A DNA stretch of 64,000 nt from Podarcis filfolensis (Eukaryota): the NCBI GenBank assembly GCA_964270895.1, contig OZ185438.1, one strand, 5' to 3'. Shown here one piece after another: positions 24,313 to 38,296 of the stretch. The position numbers and the translations under genes are program-made. The notes beneath the pieces were generated by a model. It was not told the origin of the DNA. It did not search any database and saw only the letters and a list, made by a program, of their open reading frames with translations. The stretch's first letter is position 1; the number at the start of each line of letters is the position of its first letter.

Positions 24313-27300
24313 CTGTAAGCCATTTGAAGTACTGTAATTGGTATAAACATGCTTAAAGATTCACACAACTGTGGGGCAAGACATATCCCGCTCACAGGAG
24401 TACATGTCACTAAAGAGAGCTTCCGTAAAATCAGTGCTTGGCTGTATAGTTTGTGCGGCACCCACAGTAATTTAGCCAGTTTGCAATTGCACCCACAGGT
24501 CCAAAAAAAGTTGGTGACTCCTGCTTATCCCATAGGTTATCCCACAAAACAGAATCAATCAAGTAGTGGTACCTGCTGAAGTCCAGGAGCTCATCACCAT
24601 AAGGCCCTCCCCCAGCCCCCACACAAATAGTCTCATGCAGAAACTGAGCATCAGCTGACAGTCACATAATAGTAAACTGGCCTTATTCTCTGATTTTCTA
24701 TGCTAATATGTCACAAACAATGGTAATTGGTCACAAAAATGGTAAAACTTGAAAGCCTTGTTATCACCTCATTCCACTTGCCAGAGCTAGGAGAGTCAGT
24801 CCATCAATAACCCTGGTGATTCAGAGATGACATCATTGCTTTTGCTTTGAAACAAGGCCTCCTTCATTCTCTCCAGTGCACATCTGACTTCAGGCAAAGA
24901 TCAAAAACACCACAGCACATTATTTCGTATACATAGTAAGCCCGCACATACCATTGAGGAAGGATAGCTAGGCTACCTGCCATACAAATAATTATTTCTT
25001 GAATTCTAATATGAATAATGTGCAAATGAATAATTTCAAGCACAGCCCATCCATCATCGCCCCTATCTTCCATCCCCAAGGGAGGGAGATCGTACCACTT
25101 TAAGCCTGTAAACCCAGTTTCGTTCCAGTAGCACGATGAATTTGCAACTCAGACAACTATCTAAAATCTGTGATTGATCATCTGGTGAACTCTTTAAAAA
25201 TAAAACACTTGTTTGCTAATTAACTACAGCAAGGTCTACAGTCGGTGACATGCTCGACAGTGCTCTTCAATTAGGCAAAAAAAGCTTTCTCCCTACATGA
25301 AGCAGAACTCAGTAGGAGGCCTGGTCCTGAAGTAAACAAAATAAATGAAGAATAGGAGGGGAAGGGAAGAAGAAGCCCAAACTAAAACCAACAGAGTTAA
25401 TTTATCCCTTCTTTTGCTATATTCTGCTTCAGTCCCAAAGGATGCCTACATCACAGACTTAAATTGCTTCAACAGTCATGCAGTCCCCTCCCAAGGGAAC
25501 CCCTGGGAATTTAAAGTCATGGGCAGAGAATATGGGCTCTCTAAAAGAGAAGGTTCAACATCCTTACCTGACAACAACAATCCAGGTATCTTTGGGGGGA
25601 AACTGTGACTGTTAAGATTGGATGTTTAACCCTCTGTTGATACAAATTTGACTGGGTCAATTTGGTATCAGGATCAAACTCCCCCCACCCACCCACCCAC
25701 CCAAAGCCATGCAAATAAAATACCCAGTGGAGGTTATTAAGCAAGACACCATTTGCAAGTTTTAAAAAAGCCTTCAATAGAACTTTCCTTTTCCATTAAA
25801 ACAACATACTTGCACATAAGTCATTGAGGTTAATATCCCACAATGTACAGTTACAAAAACAGGCAAGAATATGATATGGCATCTAACTGACCTCATCATT
25901 TTTTATCATAAAAATGTGTCCTTAACATATACATAACTATAATACTTGGACAAGCATAACAGTGGAATAATAATGAGCTGTGAAATACTTGCAGCAAGAA
26001 CAAATTCCCCCAGACCTCAGTATAGAATGAACCTGGGGGTTGGAGAGTAAGAATTGTGCCCACAGCACACAACATGCTCATCAAACTTCTGTACAGGACC
26101 TGTGCTAAAATGTCTTCTTCATTATTATGTCACATATTTTGTGCTTTTATACTGCCAACACTCCTGTGATCATCAGATGAAGGGTGGTATATAAATTTAA
26201 TAAATTAAAATAAGTAAACACTTTGAATTTGTGGGAAACTGTGGGCAGGTCCAACAGATGCAATCCTGCTATGCTCCATGCATTCATTTTATGATACATT
26301 TCTCAACAGGGTTATGGTTTGACTCTGCTGGTTATGAAGTTGTCAGTAGTGTACAGTCATGGTTAATGGCTATGCTTGAATAGGCACAACATGAATGCAA
26401 ATGACTAATGATGGAAGTACGCAAGCAAAGCTTCACACAGGAGTCTGTAATCTACACCATATATAAATTTGAAGAATCTGGCCAGGTAATGGTGTACCCT
26501 GGTTTGTGCTATGTGAAGAAGCTTTGGTGAGCCTTAGGCTTGTGTATTCAAGCGTTTGTTTCCAACTTTAAACTAACCAGTTACCCACAAAACCCAAACG
26601 CCATGAACTGCATTTGTTTAACCAGTGGTTTAAGGAAGAGCTCAAATCTGGAACCACATTTTGATCCTGGTTTGTTCTCAATAACCACAGGTTAAATAAA
26701 CCACAGCTCCCCACATTTGGATCTCACAGAACTGTGGGTATTTAAAATCAGAAGCTAGAACATCTATTTTCATGTGAGAAAGGGAGTGTGGCAGCCCCTG
26801 GCTCACAGTGATTTAGTCACATACCATGAAGCCATGGTTTTCCATTATGTCTGAATTGGGCCCATGTACGTGCTCAAAGTGCTTTGACTGTCTCTTTAGA
26901 AATTAAATACACCCCACACCTCCCTAGATAGCATTCTGAGGACAGCATTCACAAAGCATTCGTGGCACTTTAAGATATAATAGTTTATGGTTGTATCCCT
27001 GGACCATTGCAAAATATTATGCTATTACACTACTCTGCATTCACTCAATTTCAGCGCTATGTGGATCAACAAAATCAGGCAAAAACACAAAATATTTTCA
27101 ACTCCAGAAGAACAGGGGGTGGGGGGAATCCAGACCCTGCAGTATCTTTGGCATTGGTTTGCCACACAACAGTTCCGCCAGTTTGCAAAATTTACAAACA
27201 TGGCAGAACACTCATTACCTTAGAGAAACTCTGCTTTGCAATTAGTGTAAATAACATCCTGACAAAATGGGCTTCCACACAGCTTCCAAGAGAAAAAGGC

Positions 27301-27776
27301 TTGGAGGAAAGATTTGGAGAGATTTGCTATGGCAGTAGGAGAAGAAGGTCAAATCATCTGGCTACTTTCCACACACTCCTTCCCTGTTCATACCATACAC
27401 TGCCCAGAATTTGGACTGCAGGAGAAAAGAAACAGATTGCTTCCTGCTTTCCTCCGTTAGTGCCCATTCTCCATTCCTCATGGAGCCTTCCGACTTTGCT
27501 CTATTTCTGATGTCAGGTTTTGTCAAATTATCAGTGAAGTTCAAGAAGATTATCTGGATCCAGAACTTGTCTCATGCTTGGGCTGTTGACACTGATAGAA
27601 AGTATATATGATTGCATGCCACATTTTTTGTTGATTTTGTTGGTCCAATACTAACCTTGAAAAAAAGTATTTGAATTTTGACAAGGAACTCGGATTGTAA
27701 ATACTCTTGATTTCAGCAGACACACACAAGATTTCCTGTGGAGAATTCCAAAGTGGGTTTCTCATTAAGGAATATA

Positions 27777-28017
27777 CAGTGGTACCTTGGTTCAAAAACA
27801 GCTTAGTTTATGAACAACTTGGATTAAGAACTCTACAAACCTAGAAGTAGGTGTTTTGGTTTGTGGATTTTGCCTTGGAAGCAGAACATATTCTGCTTCC
27901 TGTTGAGTGTAAATTGAGTCCTCCGCTGCTATGGGAAAGCACACCTTGGTTTAAGAACGCTTTGGTTTAAGAACAGACTTCCGGAACGGATTAAGTTCGT
28001 AAACCAAGGTACCACTG
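27777..28017. mobile_element. Tc1/mariner-type MITE, related family B
   Basis: TIR CAGTGGTACCTTGGTT/AACCAAGGTACCACTG, TA TSD, different internal sequence from family A. Confidence 0.88.
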
Positions 28018-30654
28018 TATATCAGTGCTAGAAACTAGATTGTACACACAACTGTGTTATTTGCTTCCCAAGAAACTAATCTACTTCTGTATATGCTTGA
28101 AAATATCATATATAAAAACTGCAAGTAAAGTGAAGCCAGTGGTCTCACAATCCTTCTTCATATAATTTAAGGCTCTAGTCCTAAAATATTTAATACTATG
28201 ATATTTCTACTGAACTCATTGAGATTAAAACTTTTGAGTAGCAAGATTTCCCATGACTGTAGCATTTCAAGTTGCTGGTGTGGAGATGAAGGAGGGGAAC
28301 ATTCCCCAATGAAAAATACTCCATAGAGAAACACACCATGTCAAGGAGAATTGTAGACTAAACCCCTCAGCTTGGCAGGTTAGATTTCTGTGTGCAGGGA
28401 TTTTTGCATAGGAGAGCATTCAAACAACCGCTGTGCATAAATGTCCCTCTATCCTGTTTGTTGGTGGAGAACTAGGGATATTTAAAATAATAAAACAGAG
28501 AACAAAAATAATTTTTGCCACTTACTATGGAAATGGCAGTGGGGCTGTTCTTGACAGCCGCTGACTGACAGATGACAGCTTTCTCCACAATGCCTTAGAC
28601 ATCAATTTGTTCATGGATATTTGGGGTGGGAAGGATGCCATGTCACCATTTTTAAAAATTGCAGCTGCTGTTTCCCCTCCCCAGTGGAATACCCCAGACT
28701 GAAACCCCACAGGGGAAATGGCGGCTTCCAGCCTGCAAAGAATGCTGGGAATTATAGTTTGTTAAGCCTTGTTAGGAGACCCTTAACCAGCTACAGTTCC
28801 CACAATTCTTCATTTCACCCCGATTCATATGAGTGTGGAAACTGACCCTCAGAACGGAAACTGGTCCGATTTTTGTGGAAGCGAGTGAGGTTACCCCTTG
28901 AATAAAAATTAATCTGAGCAAATAAGGCTCATGAAGTCAAGACTTGGCATCAATCGGCCTTAAGCACATTAAGATGAACATTAGGAAATAACACTGAGCT
29001 AAACTTAGACAGAAAAAGGGGCAAGCCAATGCAGAGAGCAATTTAATTTTCACATCTCACAACAGGAGGACTTTGGCTTCTTGCTGCTTCCATGTTTAAT
29101 TGGCCATTTTTTATGTAGTGAATGAAAGCCAGCCAATTTTCTCCTGAGAAGCTGTACTATAATCTTGACTCAGTAAGAGCTATATGCTTCTTATTTGTCT
29201 ATAGCACCATGGGGAATGAGATGAAACATCAGAACAAGGATTTCTTTTTTCTTTCTAATCTGCAAAATTAACTGTTCAACTCAAAAGGGGGCATTTATAT
29301 ACCATCAATTTAGTTTTGAACCAGAGCAAACAGACTTCTCAAGGAAGAAAAGGGACCAAGGGGAATGTAGAATGGTACCTGAATTAATTCCGGGAAGCTT
29401 CCTCTAATAGTAGATGAGCTTTCTTTTATGCTAGAGTAGTTTATGAGATTCATTCTTCAGTGAGCATAGGTTTGGCACATTAAAAGGTATCATAGCACTT
29501 AACCTCTGAAAAATGTAAAATATAAAGTTTGATCTTCTTTTTCATTATACTACAACTAAGTGCAGGAATTCCAGAATAATAGTTATGGATTATCTGACTC
29601 AGAGGGGAGCTACACTATCTGAAGAATCATTTAATTGTGCTTTCACAGGACTATACCAGAATGTGGGGTGAGATTAAACTTCTGTACACAGAAAACAGTA
29701 ATGTCAGAGAGAAACGTTTAGACTAAATGCATGGTTCCCTAGCATACATTTCTATGCACAATTTTTAAAATTTTAAATATGGGGCATACTCAAACAGAAA
29801 GGCTCCCACTTGAAATATGAAATGGTACAATCCATCAACTGCACTAGAAAAATTTGCTGCTCATGTACTTTGGCTCATTCTACTTTGTGGTCTTCCAATT
29901 TCAACCACATGAAGATCCAGGACTATCGTTTCAATGAATACACCCAAGAATATGTTTAATTTCATGTGATTATGATAATAAAGACAGCCCATCTGGAATC
30001 TCAGAACAAAACTGTGCTGCCAGATATGTCTAGCTCCACATTTCCAATTCCACCCCCCGCAAAAAAAAATCTTCTGCTTGCAAAAACAGCCTTGGAAGCA
30101 ATCATCTTGCACTCATTAATCCATAGACATTTGATTTCAAATCAGACTGCCAGCAGACATAACATCTTTGCATTGTTACAATAGAGAATTGATTTGATTA
30201 ATGAAACAGCTTTGATTTTTCTCTCTAATCGCTGTCCTCGACAATGCCATGCAAACACCACTGATGCAATTTCCGACACTAGCGTGCTCATCTCCCTTGC
30301 TTTGCTAAATTTCCCCCTTTGAAAACATCAATTTTATATCTTATTCAATTAATTATTCTGCACCGCATGGCATGCACAAACTCTGCATATATTTTAATAT
30401 AAATCTGTGTTGTGTTCATGGCTCTGAAATGGGCTGTCCCTGTGATGAGACATTCCTACCCTATGTGAAAAATAAAGACAAAAATAGTTGCAGCCCTTTT
30501 TGGAAGCCTGTTGAGATGGATAAGTATTATGGGGAAAACACTCAAATGCTTCAGAAGCCTCAGGAAGTGATCCTATGCTTTAAAAATATGAGCATTTTGT
30601 TGCCAGCTAATCACAACACTAATGGCTGTGATACACAACAAGTTAAGCCCTTTT

Positions 30655-30880
30655 AATGCCAATTGGTTTTATGCGCGTAACTCTCCAGTTGGAAACAATT
30701 AGAATACAGTCTACTCAGAAGTAAGCAATCCAATCTTGAAGCCACCAGTGCCTGATCTACTGTGATCAAACTCTTCCAGTCTATCAATGGCCATAGCTGT
30801 TGCACCAGTTGCATCTGGTAACAGCTGCTTCTAGCCACTGAGGCAAAAGCACCCCAAACTGGGTGCCTGCTGCTTCAGGG
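30655..30880 (-). mobile_element. Decayed L2 ORF2 fragment
   Basis: ARSSCYQMQLVQQLWPLIDWKSLITVDQALVASRLDC resembles the L2 RT-downstream motif (AR.AF..L..+..L.P.L...DL.TVVHALVTSRLDYCN). Confidence 0.65.
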
Positions 30881-31242
30881 AGAGGCAGCTCTGGGCAGGA
30901 CGGGCAATTCACCAGGAACCACTCAGTCACAGTGTCTGTATCTTGCCAGGATTCAGACACCGGGCAGGACCACTTCTTCAGAAAAGCCAGCTCAGTTTGT
31001 ACTATTGTCTTTCTGCTTCCTCTTATTAAAGGAGTGCTCCGTGATGAGCATTCACAGTAATTCTCATATTCAGTGACAGCAGGTGTTAAATATAGCCATG
31101 CCAACTCCATCTATATTGTACTGCATTGTGCTTGTGGCAGTGAAGCTTCTACAGAGGCAGATATAGGGCAGTGTGAGCAGTCCTCCCCGGGGCCAAGGGG
31201 GTGCCTTTCCACCTCCTTCCCAAAGCCTAGTAAGTGCTGGGC

Positions 31243-31677
31243 CTAGTAAGTGCTGGGCTTTGGGAAGGAAGTGTGACGGCTGTGACAGGGTCATGGAGTC
31301 CTCCTGTCTCCTTCCCAAAGCCTAGTTACTGTATTTTTTGCTCTATAAGACTCACTTTTTCCCTCCTAAAAAGTAAGGGGAAATGTGTGTGCGTCTTATG
31401 GAGCGAATGCAGGCTGCGCAGCTATCCCAGAAGCCAGAACAGCAAGAGGGATTGCTGCTTTCACTGCGCAGTGATCCCTCTTGCAGTTCTGGCTTCTGGG
31501 ATTCAGAATATTTTTTTCTTGTTTTCCTCCTCCAAAAACTAGGTGCGTCTTATGGTCTGATGCGTCTTATAGAGCAAAAAATACGGTAGTTCTTTCCCAC
31601 ATTCAGGAAGGAGACAGGAAGGCTCTAGGACACTGCCAGAGCCTCACACCTCCTTCCCAAAGCCCAGCACTTACTAG
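31243..31677. repeat. Palindromic host element with ~72-bp inverted arms
   Basis: 31243-31315 is the approximate reverse complement of 31606-31677. The 16-mer CTAGTAAGTGCTGGGC is tandemly duplicated at 31227-31258. Confidence 0.75.
31329..31586. mobile_element. Tc2/pogo-type MITE nested in a palindromic element
   Basis: TIR CTGTATTTTTTGCTCTATAAGAC / GTCTTATAGAGCAAAAAATACGG with TA TSD (31327-28, 31587-88). Confidence 0.88.
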
Positions 31678-34600
31678 CATACATTTCTGTGCCATAGCAG
31701 AGTTGTGACTAGACTGTGCTACCCATAGATAAATAATTTGCCATGTTCTCCACTAAGGTAACAAACACATGTTTTAAGAATCAGTGAGGAAAGATTCTTG
31801 GTGACTCTCAAGACTCTCACTATAATTCAAATTAAGGATGAAATTATGAATTGTTTTCTCTTTCATTTTTCATACAATCTATTGCTTTTCATGATTTATG
31901 GAACTACCTAAACACAGAAATTCTGCTCTATTGCATCGGCTATTCCATTTTGAAAACAAAACATTGCATTTGTTGACTGTATATTTTGCACTAATTTTGG
32001 ATCTGTTTCCAATCATTTCGTGTTCAAGCAACCAGTAATAATTTATTACCTAACCAGAATAAAAACCAAAGCATGTATCAGATTATTGCAATGTGGTTTG
32101 CAATCAATATGCATTAACTAAGAAGCACTATTAGCTTTTGCATTGCTTATTTGTTTTCAGTCTGAATAGATTTTGCTTTATCTTCTCTCTCTTAGTTTCA
32201 TGGCATTTTGAGCCATAGTGTATGCCCAATGATAACTGCTACTACAAAACAGTTAGAGGCATCTGCTCATACATTGCCATGGATGTAAATGATTCATCAC
32301 CAATCTGCATGTGAAAGTGCAAAGAGACACACATTTCTGTTAAAATTCAAGAGTTACTTCTTCCCCCACCTTCCATGGCACAGACCCATTGCCGAATATA
32401 TGAGTGGCAAGGGACAGAAGTAGACAGATTTGGCCATCACACAGTATATTAAAAGTCCCCCAAGCACCCTATTAAGACAACATGAAAATGGTGGTTCAGA
32501 CACGGGTATACACAATTATTCCAGATTTTTGTACATCAGTTGTTTGCTATAGGGCCATGGCATTGTTGTGAACTATCAGTACTAATCTGATAAAAGGCAC
32601 CACAACTTTCACATTGTTCACCATGGGTTCAAACCTGAGTTAAGTTACATTGGGGGCAAGGAGAAGACTTTTACATCCTACTCTTTGGATCTTCTTCAAC
32701 CTAAGATCTAGGTTGTCTTCTGTGTTCTACGTTCAACCTTGGGAGGCAAACCTTGAGCATCCACTCACAAGGTGTAAGAATGTTGTTGTGGCATGTGAAT
32801 ATAGGAGCGTTCCTATTTTCATGTGCACGTTTTTTTGAGAGAATGCTTCTGTATTTAGGTCAATCCCAAGTCACTGAGTGCATGAAGGCAAAGGAGGAAG
32901 TGTGTCTACTTAGCCCCTTTCTTTACCTCCACATAGGGTTACTCTGGCCTTGTGCAGAGCCTGTGCATGTATAAACTTAATGCATGGAGTTTCTCTACAC
33001 ACAGCCCTCTGCCTCATGACCCAAAGAGGCAAATCAGTGGCAGGCGTGTGCACCACAGAGATGCTGATATCCATTGCCACCATATACATTAACTTGGTGT
33101 TTTTTTAGAACCCACTGTTTGGAACTAAAGGCCTTCAAAGAAGCTCAAAGCTATAAACTTGTAAATAAAGAAGCTGTTATTTATTTGCGTATTTATTCAC
33201 AACATTTCTATACTGTCCATTCACAAAGTATAAAAATAAAGCACAGGCAAAACACCTTAAAACAGCATCAGAATAAAATCAGCAACAGAAAACAACAGTG
33301 CAAATGTACATTAAAAGCACTAGGACCAAAACTAGTAAGATCAGCAAAAATTCAATATGGAGAGTTGCAATTGATAGACTCAATCCAACAGACATATTAA
33401 AAACAAAAAATCCTACCAGGATTAATATACCACTCATCATTCAGGCCTTCAAATCCTTTCTATAAAAAAATAAATAATGTATGAGCCAGCCATACAAACA
33501 TAATTAGAGACATTGCTTGGCAGTCTTTAATTGTGAATACAAAGGTGTAAATGGTCCCCACATGACACTTTTCTATTCTGTGCTTCAACTCTCCAGGTTG
33601 GTTGAAGAATCTGTTGCTGACACATGTTGCACGTTACAGATGGAAAAGCCACTGCTGCCATCCAGACTTCATGGGCAAGACCTCTCTGCTGGCATAAAGT
33701 CCCCAACTCCAGCTCAGCCAAAGATAGGTTGGCATAAGCTGGCATACTTTGCTCATCCTGAGACCAGTGAAAGTCCTCTAAAGGGAGCATGGTGGGCATG
33801 GGGAGATCCAAGGCACATTCAACTCGGCCGTGTGACTACGGTCCAGCACAAAACATTATTTTAAAGACTTGTTTTCCATCTTCCAGGCTTAGGCAGAGCA
33901 GCAGCCCGCCCTATCGCCTCTGCTGCTGGAGGAGCAGCAGCACTGGCATCAGTACTGACTTCAGGTGAGAATGTGCCGATTTCTGACAAGATGTTGCCGA
34001 AATCGTGCAAGTTCATACATAGCACATGAGATTTACCAGAAAATTGCACAAAGTTGCAAAATTTGGCACAGATACAGGTGCTACTTCTCTGTCGGAATCG
34101 ATGGAGCAGGTGGGGTAGGCAACTGTCACAAGGCACTTTCCCATTTCACCTCAAGTGGCAAAATGGGAGGAACAGCCCCTGTATAGCTGGCTTCTGCAAC
34201 ACTTCTGGTTCCGTAGACTTACTCCTGGTGAGAGTTAAGAATGTAGTGTGTGGGATTCTACAGTGCAGAGAAGAGACTCTTATTTTTATGTGTATCTCTG
34301 GGGTCTCTTATTTAGCTCATTTACCTACTATGCAGGATTTTGGTTTTGGTTTTGAAGGCAATGTTGCAAATAATGCTTATTGCAGCCTAAGCTTTAAATA
34401 ACATTGCAATGAGTCAAATGAAGTACCATGTAAAAAAAAAAAAAGGAAAATTGCTGCATTTCCTTTCCAGCTCAGCTTTTATTTCATGTTCCAGCTGAAG
34501 GAGTTTGCTGTTCTTTACAGGATGAGAGTCAGACTCAAAATTGCTTGTCCATAAAATCTGCAGATTATCAACTATTACTGTTGTTCTTTCTCTGACATAT

Positions 34601-35009
34601 CCTTTAAAAATCAGGAGAACGTATAGCCTAGGAAAGGAGAGGATCGTTCTGCCTTCAGCTATAGAAAAAAATCCAATGCATCAGAACATTTATTGTAATC
34701 CTCAAGGAGGGACAGTGATATTTAAAAATAAGAAACAAAAGCATTCCTCGCAAATTCCTTTAAAGTTTGGCACCACAACTGCCGTGCTTGAGATCACAGC
34801 CTCCACTGAAGCCACAGTGGTCAGCAAAGGAATATAAGAGGCAACCAGCCAGCAAGCAAGGGCCAAAGGTCCATCCAATATTCTGTTTCCAAAGTGACTT
34901 CTGGAAAGAACAACATTATTCTGCTTTTCTCTCTGTTTAGGTCCTACTGTTGTAACAGAAAGCATATTGCACTGGCAACTGCCTTTTGCAGAGTGAGACC
35001 ATTGGGCTG

Positions 35010-35160
35010 CCTAGCTCCATAGTGCTGTCCACAATGATCACGAGTGCTTCTCTGGGGTTTGGGTTGGAAAGGAGTGTTTCCAAGCCCTATCTGGAGATGC
35101 CCAACTGGATCAGACCTAAGAGCTTTTGTATGCATTGTGCTCCACTGCTAGCCCTTTCCC
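35010..35160 (-). mobile_element. Old tRNA-derived SINE fragment
   Basis: CCCTATCTGGAGATGCC...GCTTTTGTATGCA...CTCCACTGCTAGC resembles the reverse complement of a tRNA-like head plus SINE body; highly decayed. Confidence 0.4.
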
Positions 35161-37013
35161 CAAACCTGACAAAAACAGTGTTTACCACCCTCCAAAAAGA
35201 ACCAGCAAGAAACAAGGACAGGAGCATCAAAGGCCGGGGCAAAATTTGGATGAGGAGAATTTTAAAAACATCCCCATTATCCACTATTAAAAAGACCAGG
35301 CAAGATGAAACATGAGTATGCTACTTAACTGCCCTCTTCTGCTGGTTCATATGTTACACTAGAGTAAATGTGGATCATTTGTGGGTCCTTCACTGTTCTG
35401 TAAATAATAGAAGTAGAATTTTCAGTGAATTTTGCTAAAGGACAAATTGGGAACAAACATGGCGGTCCTGTTCAAGGGTATAATCTGTGGGGGCTTCAAG
35501 GAAAATTAAAAGAATGCCGATGAGGATAGGAAAGAACTGGCATATTAAGAGCAAATGGAAGTTGGTCTGGTGTTCCTATCCCTGACATTCATACGTTCCT
35601 AATCTCTGTACACAGACTCTACATGTTGTATGTGCAATAGAGGAGCCTGCATTTTGCAGGTTACCAGATTGTGATCCAAAGTCTAGACACTTCTGAGAGA
35701 GATGATGAGCTTTGTTTTTTAGGATTGAAGTTGTTGAACTTTTTTTAGGATTTTACTCCAGTGGATAAACTGCCACAGGGGCCGGATAAAAATGGACCAG
35801 TGGGCCAGATTACACCCCCAAAGCGGACTTTGAGCATGCCTGCTTTGGAGGAACACACTTGGAAATACATGGCACAAGACAGTGGGGCCATTGTAAATAA
35901 AAGGTGGCAACCCTAATAACCCATCCTGCTTTTTATCTTTCACTTTTAACAAATTGTAACCCATCACTTGTTAAGTTCAGAACAAGGTTTTGTTACTAAT
36001 GATGAGAGGAATCTTGAAAGTTCTCCACCTCACAAGAGAAGCAGAAGGAGTAGAACATGAGCCCAAGGCTCATTCCAGCTCATTCATGTAACAACAAAAC
36101 ATGGTTTTTGTTATGTCTGAACCAGGGCATTGTCTTCTGTCCTGCTTTTTATCCATATCATTATGACCTCATGATTAATAAATAACACATGATCAGCTCT
36201 CATGCAGACCCTAAAATATATCTGAGGATTACATGGTAGCAAGTGGATGAGTGCCTTTGGGTCCACCATATATGGCAACGAAACAGGGAAGCAAGAGGAA
36301 AATCTAAGACACACACTTAGCAACTGAAGTAGTCTGATTCATCACGAAACTCCGTTACCTCAGCAGTTGTGCTTCTAGTACAGGGCATAATTGGAAGCAG
36401 CAGCCAACAGTATCAGATATGAAGGGGAAATGACTCCCACTGTGTAAGTACTGACTGCAAATCAGATTTGCTGTCTTGTAGGCAGTTTTGTTTTTAAAAA
36501 GATGTTATAGAGGAGAAGATCCTCAACCGGATGGAGCACCCTTGGCAGATAAAGAGGCAAGCAAATTAGTTCGGAAAAGGGAAGCAATGTTAAAAATGGC
36601 TGTGACAGAGATCAAAAGTGAAGAGAAGGGTATTATAAAAGAAATTATCAAAGAGGTAAAAAGGAAGATGAAAGAAAAAGCCTCTTCACAAGGTAGAAAA
36701 ACAACTAATGTGTCTAACCTGCTTGCTTTTTTCACCATGTAACTGTGGAAATAGCCTTATTATTTGCTCGCAGTGTGAAACCAATTTTTTTTTTTTTTTT
36801 GGATATTGACACTGAAGCTGAAGTCATTAATTTAAAAAGCCACTTTCTGATGCAGTTTATGTGCTTAAAGGAGTAACAAAATCCTTTGGTAGAGCTGAGA
36901 ATATGACCTGGCTAAACCAGAAAGCTTACAGAATATGGACAAATTCACACCACAGACTTAATATTGGTTTATTAATAACCATTTCTCTCTTCTCCAGAAA
37001 ACATAAAAAGGTT

Positions 37014-37085
37014 GGAGTCTCTTGGGATTGAACCTGGAAGCGTCTGCTTTCAAGGCAGATGCTCTACCACTGAGCCATGGCCCCC
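37014..37085 (-). mobile_element. tRNA-derived SINE head (not a functional tRNA)
   Basis: Minus strand GGGGCCATGGCTCAGTGGTAGAGCATCTGC...CCAGGTTCAATCCC has A and B boxes, but the anticodon and acceptor stems are disrupted. Confidence 0.7.
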
Positions 37086-37194
37086 TTAGGAACTAAACAT
37101 AACACAGAACATAACCAAATTTGGTTGTCTGTGTCTAGGGAGAAAAATGTTGAATATACAGTCCTTCTCAAAACATTCTGAGTGTAGAAAGTCT

Positions 37195-37505
37195 AAAGCA
37201 AGAGGAAATAATGTTTTTCAGCGCAAGGGTCACATTTCCTTTGGGGCCACATGCCAGTGCTGGGCAGGGCCAGAGGTGCTCATTGGGTGGAGCAATGATT
37301 CTGCTCACGGCAAGCTATATGCAGGTCTCCGCTCAGGCAAGCAAGAGACATTATCACAGGGCAGTGACATATTCCAGACGGGCAAAAGCACTCGAAGAGG
37401 ATGCAGAGGAGGGCTGCGGAGGAGGGCTGCCTACGGATAGTCAAGGCCAGACAGTGACAGCTGGAGAGCCGCATCTGCCCTCCACTTGGAGGTTCCTCAC
37501 CCCTC
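37195..37505. mobile_element. Degraded hAT-type MITE
   Basis: AAGGGTCACATT/GGGGCCACATG start motifs and a GCCGCATCTGCCC...GAGGTTCCTCACCCCT end; boundaries approximate. Confidence 0.4.
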
Positions 37506-38078
37506 ATTCAAAATCTGATTAAGATTTAAGGAAGCTTAATAGCTGAGGATCTGAACTGCAACCTTCCTTCTACAGAACTGTTATAGAGATTACTGAGATA
37601 ACATAAATGATGGTCTTTGAACAGTCCAAGGCACTGTATAAATGCTAAGAATTATTATAATCATCGGGGCCTAACAATCTAGCAAGCTGCAGCTGTCACA
37701 TTTTGAATGTGAGATAATCACAGAACTGGCATAATAGGATAATTATTAGGGATTCCAAAGCTGTCTGTCAATAATGCCCTCCCTCCATAAGCTGTTGGTA
37801 ACCCCCCTGCTGGCTGGCAAGTATTTTATTTGTTAAAAGCTTTGTGAGTAGGCCACTATTTGAAATGATTAACAGCATCAGTCAGTGTAACTAATCCTTA
37901 GTCTTAAGAGCTGATAATTTGCCAGTAAAAACTTGCACAAGGTAGGACCACAGTACTTCAGAAGGTTGCCAGTGAAGTTTGCATGTTTGAATGCTCCCCA
38001 GGTAAAATAGTTCCAGCTGGATTGAAAAGCTAGGCTGTGCACATGCCAGAATGCTAATGTACACTTAGGTTTGATGTA

Positions 38079-38296
38079 CAGTCATACCTCATGTTGCATC
38101 CGCTTCAGGTTACGTGTTTTCGTGTTGCGTCCCACAGTACCGGAATGGGTTACTTCTGAGTTTCGCCGCTCACACATGCGCAGAAGCACTAAATCACACC
38201 ATGCATGTGCGCAGACACAGCGCTTTGGCTTGCGTCAGTTCCGTGTTACGGATGGGCCTCCGGAACGGATCCCGTCCATAACACGAGGTTCCACTG
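38079..38296. mobile_element. Tc1/mariner-type MITE, related family C
   Basis: Imperfect TIRs CAGTCATACCTC / GAGGTTCCACTG, flanked by TA on both sides. Confidence 0.75.

Noticed and set aside
37014-37085. tRNA-like sequences here and at 46110-46185
   Set aside because: SINE heads: the cloverleaf stems are broken, and the second is fused to a CR1 tail.
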